A program made the translations under genes and the position numbers. A stretch of 64,000 bases of DNA from Candidatus Latescibacterota bacterium (lineage in GTDB: Bacteria; Latescibacterota; UBA2968; GCA-2709665), in contig CAXXXF010000012.1 in the NCBI GenBank assembly GCA_963667175.2, positions 128,001 through 192,000 on the forward strand. Reading direction: 5' to 3'. Positions within the stretch are counted from its first letter, which is position 1; every line of letters begins with the position of its first letter. The notes under the pieces were generated by a model. It did no database searches and was not told the DNA's origin. It saw nothing but the letters and a program-made list of their open reading frames with translations. Shown here one piece after another: positions 38,106 through 45,611 of the stretch.

Positions 38106-38844
38106 GGTCCGATGCCCGGCGATAACTCCAACGCCACTCTTCCCAATTTTCCACGAGACCCGCTTTCACCGGGTTGTTAAGAATGTACGTTATAATCCGC
38201 TCCCATTCACTTGCATCCCGAATACATCGATCGTAACTTTCGTGCTGCCAGAATGACCCTTGCCGCCTTAATAGCCGATTTGCTTTCCATGCTGTATAGC
38301 CTTTCAGCGATTGCATAATCGAGGAAAGCGAGTTATAGCACGAATCGCCCGCTTCAGCCGAATTGTCCCGCAAGCTGTCGGAATGCGTTACGGACGGTTG
38401 GGTCACAAGTGGCGCAAACACAATATGAACGTGATTGGCCATGATACAGTAGGCATCCAACCGGTACACCTTCCCATCTCGGTAGCGCAGACTCTCATCC
38501 ACCTCTTTAGCGATTCGCTCATCTTTGAGCCACAAGGGTCCACTTTGCGCACTATCCAGCGTTGTCTCGAATTTCCGGAACCACTGTCGCTGCCATTCCG
38601 ACTCGCGATCTTCCGCATCACGTTCTTTGTCGAGTGTAACGCGTCCTGCTGAGGCAACGCGGCTCCGCAACGAGGCAAGACGCTCTTTTTCTTTTTCGAG
38701 TTGGTGTTTCTCCTGCGCCCATTCTTGCAAGACGATCCGCGGCAGGGAACCTGCAAGATGGAACGTGACAAAGAAAGTTGCGCCGGGCGGCTGTATATGC
38801 GGCAGGTTGCGACGATAGTACGGCTTGTAGTCAAATTGGCTCAT
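38077..38844 (-). mobile_element. REP-associated tyrosine transposase (RAYT; IS200/Y1 HUH family)
   Basis: RRNLPH, FFVTF, YCIMANHVH (HUH), FWQHESYDR and YILNNPVKAGL motifs; adjacent REPINs. Confidence 0.88.
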
Positions 38845-38871
38845 GTGCTATTTCGTTCTCGGTAGATCGTG

Positions 38872-39090
38872 TCAAGTGTCGCCTGCCCGCAATATGCCTT
38901 GCAGCCGACCCTTTTCTTTTTCTTCGAATGCCTCCGAGATCAAGAAATCCAATTTGCCGGCCCTTGAATCCGCTTCAATCCGCCGATCCCATTTTCTCCA
39001 GTCCAATTCGCTAAACGATTGTCTTAATTCAACATAATCAGATTCCGGAAGCGCCATAATCGCGTCCTTTATTTCAGCTATTTTTGTCAT
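38872..39090 (-). CDS. Small antitoxin-like protein (normally upstream of a RelE/ParE-like toxin); orphan here
   Basis: EIKDAIMALP...WDRRIEADSRAGKLDFL pattern recalled from TA-associated small proteins. Confidence 0.55.
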   Translation of the reverse strand: MTKIAEIKDAIMALPESDYVELRQSFSELDWRKWDRRIEADSRAGKLDFLISEAFEEKEKGRLQGILRAGDT

Positions 39091-39285
39091 TTTACATACC
39101 CCTCGTCAAATCCGTTTCCAGACAAAGACTGCGATTCTTGAACACCGATTTTCCGATCAGGTGGAAAAGATCGACCCCAGCCATCCAGTGATATACGGGA
39201 TGGTTTCAGAAGCAACTACGCGGGACTTTGAAATCTCGACGAATGAAATCGATTGAACCGAATTGATCGTACTCCTTTGCACGTC

Positions 39286-39314
39286 CAATTCGGGAGACGC
39301 CGTCTCCCGAATTG
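39286..39314. repeat. Perfect 14-bp-arm palindrome (REP-like)
   Basis: CAATTCGGGAGACG-C-CGTCTCCCGAATTG. Confidence 0.7.
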
Positions 39315-39528
39315 CAGCTTACACTATGGAGAAGAGCCGATACCGCCGCCACTCCGTCTCGTCCACTCGCACCGACCCATCTCTCCGTAGCCTACCGGCA
39401 AGCTTTACAAGAACTGTGTTCCCAATTTGTGACCGCTTCTTGGAGATCAAGGTATACGTAGCCCACCCATTCCGACAGTCTCGCCTCATTAACCCGCAGG
39501 ATGGACGTTTTCTGCACGGTGTTTGGTT

Positions 39529-39813
39529 CTATTGTCTACCTCGGTCAGGATTCATCCATTGGGGAAGCGGAGTCCCCGTCGCCTCTGCATACAAAGTCTC
39601 AGGTGCGATGTCGATTTCGCTTCCCCACGTAAGTACCCCAAGCTCCTCGTTCACGTTAAAGCTCCGAAAGTACTCGAGGTCCCTGAATCGCTCGAACACG
39701 CCACGCCTTTCCAGTTGTTTCGCGAAGTCAACGGTCCCGCGCCGGCCGTCATCGAACTCCAGTTCTATTCGATAGCCACCCTGGTAGGTTGCAGAAATCA
39801 CGTCGTGCAGCAT
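39529..39813 (-). CDS. DUF2442 family putative antitoxin, copy 1
   Basis: YRIELEFDDG, GVFERFRD and LTWGSEIDIAPETLY motifs. Confidence 0.85.
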   Translation of the reverse strand: MLHDVISATYQGGYRIELEFDDGRRGTVDFAKQLERRGVFERFRDLEYFRSFNVNEELGVLTWGSEIDIAPETLYAEATGTPLPQWMNPDRGRQ

Positions 39814-39826
39814 CCGCGGTTCCCTT

Positions 39827-39979
39827 CTATTGCAGAGGTGGTATTCTTCCTGGGGGCATGTCGTCGCACGTCGAATCCCAGTTTTCCATCAACTCCGGCT
39901 GATGTTGGGACGCCCACTCGACGACCAGACCCAGAATCCGCGGAGCCAGTCTCCCTTCCAATACCCGCAGTGAGGACAT
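39827..39979 (-). pseudogene. 5'-truncated DUF4160 putative toxin
   Basis: Manual translation LRVLEGRLAPRILGLVVEWASQHQPELMENW...RIPPLQ; the N-terminal half with the H-x-PPH motif is absent. Confidence 0.75.
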
Positions 39980-40082
39980 CTCGGGCAAATTGAATCCTCT
40001 CGCTCATTTGTATAGTGTAAAACCACCGCAACGAAAGACCCCATCACCAGGTCGCGGCGACTACTGAGCACGTCTTTACGGC

Positions 40083-40307
40083 TCATCGGCTTGCTAATTC
40101 GACGGTCGACGTCGCCGGGGGCAACGGCTTCCCGTCCTCCTGATATAATTCAATTGCGTCCTCTACAATCTGGCAGAGTTGATCGAAGACGGCCCGTTCA
40201 TCGTCTCCGTGGCAGCCGCCGTAAATCAGACCGGGCGCGCTCCCGACATAACATCCATCCTCCTCCGACCATTCGACAATCTTTGCGTACCTCGCGCTGG
40301 CTTTCAT
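40083..40307 (-). CDS. HicB family antitoxin
   Basis: VEWSEEDGCYVGSAPGL..GCHG and GKPLP motifs. Confidence 0.8.
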   Translation of the reverse strand: MKASARYAKIVEWSEEDGCYVGSAPGLIYGGCHGDDERAVFDQLCQIVEDAIELYQEDGKPLPPATSTVELASR

Positions 40308-40501
40308 TTTTCTGACTCCTCGATTGCCAATCGTACGGCACGAACTTGGTAATGCCTAGCGTCGTCACCCGAATTACCCGAGATCGTTAGCGGTTGACTC
40401 AGGTTCGGGTGTACAAAGTTCCTATGGTTACCCTTGCCGCCCCTATCCACAAATCCAGCCCGCGCGAGTTCTGCGACTAATTCCCTCACCTTTGGCGGCA
40501 C
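40304..40501 (-). CDS. HicA family toxin
   Basis: LARAGF..GKGNHRNFVHP; ATGA overlap with hicB. Confidence 0.8.
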   Translation of the reverse strand: MPPKVRELVAELARAGFVDRGGKGNHRNFVHPNLSQPLTISGNSGDDARHYQVRAVRLAIEESEK

Positions 40502-40607
40502 CAGGATCCCTTCCGACTCATATCCATATATCGATGGATGTCCATGTCTTCATGCGGATTCGGATCCATAAACAGAATGATGAGCGTTTTCCGGACGGAG
40601 CGTGGTG

Positions 40608-40892
40608 CTATTGTTCAACTCGGTCAGGATTCATCCACTGGGGAAGCGGGGTCCCCGTCGCCTCTGCATACAGAGTCTCCGGTGCGACGTCGATTTCGTT
40701 TCCCCACGTAAGAACCCCAAGCTCCTCGTAAACGGTGAAATTCCTGAAGAACTCAAGGTCCCTGAATCGCTCGAAAACACCCTGTCGGTCCAGATATTTC
40801 GCGAAGTCAACGTTCCCGCGCCGGCCGTCATCGAACTCCAGTTCAATCCGATAGCCGCCCTGATAAGTTGCCGAAACCACGTCGTGCAGCAT
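40608..40892 (-). CDS. DUF2442 family putative antitoxin, copy 2
   Basis: Close paralog of 39529-39813. Confidence 0.85.
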   Translation of the reverse strand: MLHDVVSATYQGGYRIELEFDDGRRGNVDFAKYLDRQGVFERFRDLEFFRNFTVYEELGVLTWGNEIDVAPETLYAEATGTPLPQWMNPDRVEQ

Positions 40893-40905
40893 CCGCGGCC
40901 CCCTT

Positions 40906-41133
40906 CTATTGCAGAGGTGGTATTCTTCCTGGGGGCATGTCGTTGCGCGTTGCGAAACTCAGGGCCGCCAGAACGCCTTGCCTGGTCAAACGGGGATGCG
41001 CTTCGAGTATCTGATCGATTGTCTCGCCTTCTGAAAGTTTCTCCAGGATCAACTCAACGGTAATGCGGGTTCCCGCGACGACGGGCTTTCCCATCATGAC
41101 GACAGGATCGGATTGAATGAGTTTGGCGTCCAT
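40906..41133 (-). CDS. DUF433 antitoxin-like protein fused to a DUF4160 C-terminal tail
   Basis: DPVVMMGKPVVAGTRITVELIL...AALSFA, then NDMPPGRIPPLQ, matching the tail at 39827. Confidence 0.8.
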   Translation of the reverse strand: MDAKLIQSDPVVMMGKPVVAGTRITVELILEKLSEGETIDQILEAHPRLTRQGVLAALSFATRNDMPPGRIPPLQ

Positions 41134-41362
41134 ATCTCAACTCCCCATTTGGAGCGAACCTGCAATTTCGTGATGCGGACAGGGGAAACGTGTGAGACTT
41201 CGTTATACCGGCCTCGTCCTCGCGAGACATTGCATCTGCTCGATCGCTTGCGAATCCGACATTGAAGATCAGGCCGCCCGGCGCGATCATAGGACGGTTT
41301 CACTTCACAGGTGTCACGCATTGTTGTCGTAAGCGTCAGGTGGATTGGTGAGACATCTGAAC

Positions 41363-41578
41363 TTATGATGCTATCTCAACGTACATCGAATCCGAGGTTG
41401 GTTCGGGAATCGGATAGCGTTCCTGTTTCATTCCATCGAGGCGGAATTCGATCGCCTCCTTCATGTTCGTTTCCACTTCCCGCCGCGTGGCGCCGGCGGA
41501 CACACATCCTGGTAGATCGGGAGAATATGCCGAAAACCCGGTTTCCGTCACTTCGATGACGATCAAGTACCGATTCAT
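41363..41578 (-). CDS. HicB family antitoxin (orphan)
   Basis: FSAYSPDLPGCVSAGAT...EAIE...PIPEP; no hicA adjacent. Confidence 0.85.
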   Translation of the reverse strand: MNRYLIVIEVTETGFSAYSPDLPGCVSAGATRREVETNMKEAIEFRLDGMKQERYPIPEPTSDSMYVEIAS

Positions 41579-41681
41579 GCCGTTCCCGTTGTCTATTATC
41601 GTTGCGAGCGCCACACTCGGACCGCATTGCACGAACCGAAACTTGCTCCGTTTCTATTGACCGCACGCGGGAACTCATCCC

Positions 41682-42755
41682 TCACACCCCATGTGCTTCG
41701 ATGAAGTCCTCGTTGACGGTCAGTCCGAGGCCGGGTTCGTCTCCCATGTGGATCAGTCCATCGATGATGCGGAAGGGCGGATCGTAGAGTTGCGACCAGA
41801 TCTGGTACGGCTCGGTGGGCGGGCAGGCGGAGACCATCAGCCCGTTGGGCACGGCGGCGATCAGGTGGCAGTTGATTTCCGGAAACGAGGCCCCATGAGG
41901 CGCCACGTAGACGTGGTGCGCCTCGGCCAGCGCCGCCATCCGCATCAGACCCGTGAAGCCCCCGCCGCCGATAATGTCAGATTGAACCACCTGCATGCCG
42001 CCGTCGACGATCAGATGACGAGTGCCATACAGCGTGCCTTCGCTCTCGCCGCCGGCGACCAGCGCGCTCGTCGCCTCGCGAACCATCCGCATGTGCGCCG
42101 CTTCGTCGTCACCCCGGACGGGTTCCTCGATCCAATACAGGTTGTACGGCTCGAACCGTCGCGCCATGTCCGCGGCCGTTTTTCCCTCCCACATCCGGTG
42201 GACGTCGATCATCAGCCTCGGTCCGTCGCCCAGGGCCTCGCGCGACAGCCGGACCTTATCGAACGCGAGTTCGCGATCGTCATCCGACAGATGGAACTTC
42301 ACGGCCCTGAATCCGAGGTCCGCGTGTTTCCTGACGAGGGCCGCGACCTCCTCGGCGTTCTGATGCTCATAGCCGATCCCGTCCGCGTACGCGGTGACCC
42401 GGTTCCGATACCCGCCCAGCAGCCGCCAGACCGGTTCGCCGCACGCCTTCCCGTACAGATCCCAAATTGCCACGTCCAGCGCGCCGATCGTCCCCATCGC
42501 GGCCCGGCCGGGCCCGCGAAAGCGCCACGCGTGATCGTACATCCGCTGCCATAGCAGCGCCGGGCGGCGCGGGTCTTCGCCCACGAGCAGCGGCGCGAAT
42601 TCACGTTCGATCAGTTCTGCGCTTCCCCCTCTACCGATGCCGGCGAGCCCGTTGTCCGCATGGACAAAGTGAAGGGGCCAGGACCGCTTGACTCCCCGAT
42701 CGGACGGCCCCCAGAAACAGGACAGCGAAACCGTCTCAATTCGTTCGATACGCAT
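41682..42755 (-). CDS. Mandelate racemase/muconate lactonizing enzyme family protein
   Basis: DVAIWDLYGK, VKFH, MIDVH, WIEEP, GGE and PGLG motifs. Confidence 0.88.
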   Translation of the reverse strand: MRIERIETVSLSCFWGPSDRGVKRSWPLHFVHADNGLAGIGRGGSAELIEREFAPLLVGEDPRRPALLWQRMYDHAWRFRGPGRAAMGTIGALDVAIWDLYGKACGEPVWRLLGGYRNRVTAYADGIGYEHQNAEEVAALVRKHADLGFRAVKFHLSDDDRELAFDKVRLSREALGDGPRLMIDVHRMWEGKTAADMARRFEPYNLYWIEEPVRGDDEAAHMRMVREATSALVAGGESEGTLYGTRHLIVDGGMQVVQSDIIGGGGFTGLMRMAALAEAHHVYVAPHGASFPEINCHLIAAVPNGLMVSACPPTEPYQIWSQLYDPPFRIIDGLIHMGDEPGLGLTVNEDFIEAHGV

Positions 42756-42772
42756 GGCGCGACCTCCTGTGT

Positions 42773-43198
42773 TCAGGATGCGATGCGTTTACAAAGAACC
42801 ACCTGGGTCCCGGTCTCGAAAAACTGGTGTGCGACGTCGTCCACCATCGCGCGCATCATCAGCAGGCCGCGGCCGGACGAATTCAACAGGTTCTCCTCTG
42901 CAAGCGGATCCGGAACCGCGGCCGGGTCGAATCCCGGACCCTGATCCCGGACCGCGATGCGTAACATCCCGTCTGCTACTGCAAATTCCACGGTGAACGA
43001 TCGCTCCCGCACGCCGCCGTTGCCGTGGAAGATGGCATTGTTGACGGCTTCCGTCAGCGCGATGGCCACCTCGTCGCAGGCATCCTCGCTCATCGCCAGA
43101 TCGGCCGTGACCTGCGCAGCAGCGTCAACCACCTTATGAAGCGATTCTACGCAACTCGGCAACTCCAGTCGTCTGACGTTACGAGACTCGATACCCAT
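42773..43198 (-). CDS. Anti-sigma factor/Ser kinase (RsbW-like HATPase)
   Basis: EAVNNAIFHGN, DQGPGFD and GRGL motifs. Confidence 0.85.
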   Translation of the reverse strand: MGIESRNVRRLELPSCVESLHKVVDAAAQVTADLAMSEDACDEVAIALTEAVNNAIFHGNGGVRERSFTVEFAVADGMLRIAVRDQGPGFDPAAVPDPLAEENLLNSSGRGLLMMRAMVDDVAHQFFETGTQVVLCKRIAS

Positions 43199-43265
43199 GT
43201 ACGCATTCCCTCGTACCGTTCACCGGCGCGACGAACGTCTCCGCCGGCCGAGTGGGGGATTCTCC

Positions 43266-43298
43266 TTGACAATCCGTGTTCTTGACGTTATCAAGAAC
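43266..43298 (+). promoter_or_regulatory. TTGACA promoter element overlapped by the inverted repeat GTTCTTGA-N5-TCAAGAAC (putative operator)
   Basis: Perfect 8-bp arms in the divergent rsbW-like/ridA intergenic region. Confidence 0.4.
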
Positions 43299-43378
43299 GA
43301 CCACGAAGGTGAAAGTGTCTACCGTCTTCTCGCCACGTACACAGTACGTCCCGAACAATCGAATGGAGATATCGCATC

Positions 43379-43762
43379 ATGCAGAAAGAGGTGATTCGCA
43401 CCGACAAGGCAGCCCTTCCCGTGGGTCCCTATTCGCAGGCCATCAAAACAGGCGAGTTGATCTTTGTGGCGGGCGAAAAGGGAATCGACCCCGCCACCGG
43501 CGAAATCGTCAGCGGCGGCATTGCCGCGGAAACCCGGCAGACGCTCGACAACGTCAAGGCGATCCTGGACGCGGCGGGCGCGACGATGGGCCACGTGGTC
43601 CGCACGGTTGTGTATATGACGGACATCTCGGAATTCGCCGAAATGAACGCCGTCTACGCGGGATACTTCCCGAGCGACCCTCCCGGTCGGAGTTGCGTCC
43701 AGGTGGTCGCGCTCCCTGCCGGGGCGCACGTCGAAATCGAAGTCACCGCGGTCCTGGCCTGA
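43379..43762 (+). CDS. RidA/YjgF family reactive-imine deaminase
   Basis: GPYSQA, FAEMNAVY, PGRSCV and VEIE motifs. Confidence 0.9.
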   Translation: MQKEVIRTDKAALPVGPYSQAIKTGELIFVAGEKGIDPATGEIVSGGIAAETRQTLDNVKAILDAAGATMGHVVRTVVYMTDISEFAEMNAVYAGYFPSDPPGRSCVQVVALPAGAHVEIEVTAVLA

Positions 43763-43778
43763 TCTGCCCGCGGCAGCG

Positions 43779-44576
43779 CTACATCCCGGACAGGATCCCC
43801 TCGACGTAACCTCGTGCAAACGCCACGTCCCTGTCCACCTCGTCCGGCTCTTTGCCTCCCACGCATTCCACGTAGAGCGGACCGTCAAACCCGCCGGCGA
43901 CCAGACCGGACAACACCGAATGAAAATCCACCAGCCCGTCGCCGGGCGTGACCATCACGTCGGGCACGCCGTCGACCACCGTACAGTCTTTGATGATCCC
44001 CGTCGTCACCACCGGCGCCACTTCCGAGACGTCCGTCTCGGGCCGCAGATCACCCTTTGTGTAGTAGATGATGTTTCCCGGATCGTAGCAGATGCCGAAC
44101 GCCGCGTGGTTCACGTTCCGGTTGGCCGCAAGGAGGTGGGACACCGTGAGACTGATCCCCCCGTGGGGCTTCATGGTTACGTTCACGCCGACCTCATCCG
44201 CGTGGGGCGCGGCCTGCCGCATCAACTCGAAATAGTCGTCGAAGTGGGCTTCATTGCTTGTGCCGCAGTCCAACAGCCAGTTCGCGCCCAGCGCGGCCGC
44301 ATTGTCGATCAGTCGCTTGTAGTCGTCCACCGCGGCATCCAGGCCGTCGCCCAGCCGCGTGCCGCCGATGAGCATCGACGGAACCACGCCGGCGTCTTCC
44401 GCCGCTTTGCGCACGTCCGCGACCTCTGCGGGCGAGCTGTCCGGTCCGACCGGCGCCTGCCCGTCATTGGCAAATACAGCCACGTCCGAATAGCCGGCCT
44501 CGGCAATCCGGCTGTACGCTTCGCTGTAACTCAGTTGGCCGTAAGGCCGCGTCGTACATCCAACCGTCAATTCCAT
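43779..44576 (-). CDS. Sugar phosphate isomerase/epimerase family TIM barrel
   Basis: KPHGG, YDPGN, IKD, PGDG.VDF and VEC motifs. Confidence 0.75.
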   Translation of the reverse strand: MELTVGCTTRPYGQLSYSEAYSRIAEAGYSDVAVFANDGQAPVGPDSSPAEVADVRKAAEDAGVVPSMLIGGTRLGDGLDAAVDDYKRLIDNAAALGANWLLDCGTSNEAHFDDYFELMRQAAPHADEVGVNVTMKPHGGISLTVSHLLAANRNVNHAAFGICYDPGNIIYYTKGDLRPETDVSEVAPVVTTGIIKDCTVVDGVPDVMVTPGDGLVDFHSVLSGLVAGGFDGPLYVECVGGKEPDEVDRDVAFARGYVEGILSGM

Positions 44577-44617
44577 CCTTGTCGCTCCTTTGCTGGTTCG
44601 TCCGGACAAACGCCGGA

Positions 44618-45409
44618 TCACTCTTCCATTTCACGCCCGCAGTGCGGACAGATGCCGCCTTCTTTCTTGCGCCGGTCGATCTCTTCCGCGAACCCCGATC
44701 CCAGGATGCCGGCCGGGAGGGCAAACATCCCGATGCCCAGAAGCGCGATCACGGCGCCGAGTACCTTTCCCACGCCGGTCACCGGGTACGTGTCTCCGTA
44801 TCCCACCGTCGTCAGCGTCACGATACCCCACCACATGGCCGACGGAATGCTGGAAAAAGCGTTGGGTTGAGCGCCGTTTTCCGCGAAGTACATCAGCGTC
44901 GACGCGATGACCAGCATGATCAGCAGGACGAACAGGGTGACCAGCAATTCGCCGCTGTGCTTCCGCAACACGTTGGCGAGGGTCTGCAGAGAGGCGGAAT
45001 ACCGTCCGAGCTTGAACAACCGCAACAGCCGCATGGCTCGCAATACGCGGAGGTCGACGGTGGTTACCAGAGGCAGGTAGAACGGCAGGATCGCGATCAG
45101 GTCCACCAGTGCCAGCGGCGTAAAGAAATAACGCAATCGACCCCGAACGGGCCTGGCAAATCGTTCATCGGCGGTACATGACCACATTCGCATCAGGTAT
45201 TCGATGCTGAACACACCCACTGAAAAGGCGTCGAACGCTTCGAACAGCCACCTGTACGACACCAGGACGGCCTGCACCGTTTCGAGGATGACAGCCACAA
45301 CGTTCAGGATGATCAACCCCATGATGAACAGGTCGATCATTCGACTCGCACGGTCGCCTGACTGCGCCTTGTCCAGGATTTGGTTGGTCCGTTCTTTGAA
45401 CCGATGCAC
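44618..45409 (-). CDS. Voltage-gated-type potassium channel
   Basis: S4-like LRVLRAMRLLRLFK; TTVGYGD selectivity filter; C-terminal CPHC. Confidence 0.9.
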   Translation of the reverse strand: MHRFKERTNQILDKAQSGDRASRMIDLFIMGLIILNVVAVILETVQAVLVSYRWLFEAFDAFSVGVFSIEYLMRMWSCTADERFARPVRGRLRYFFTPLALVDLIAILPFYLPLVTTVDLRVLRAMRLLRLFKLGRYSASLQTLANVLRKHSGELLVTLFVLLIMLVIASTLMYFAENGAQPNAFSSIPSAMWWGIVTLTTVGYGDTYPVTGVGKVLGAVIALLGIGMFALPAGILGSGFAEEIDRRKKEGGICPHCGREMEE

Positions 45410-45611
45410 GAGGGCGTCCTTTCACTTTCGCACGATTGACGTCGGCACGCCGCGTCCGCCGCCGGCCAGCCCCGGGGCGTCGGCGCAGGCAATCTCAAAG
45501 ATAGGATTCTAGGGTTCGAATGGAAACGTCTTTTTCCAATGAGTGCATCGCCCGCGCGGAATCGCCGCCTCAATCGTCATTCGGCAAACCCGTATCAACA
45601 ATTGGAGACCG

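Noticed and set aside
36680-41578. Integron cassette array (small co-oriented TA genes)
   Set aside because: I found no recurring RYYYAAC...GTTRRRY attC sites between genes, and there is no tyrosine integrase in the window.
43288-43378. SAM-I riboswitch (TTATCAAGA)
   Set aside because: There are no downstream GAGGGA, GGCCC or GCAACC elements.
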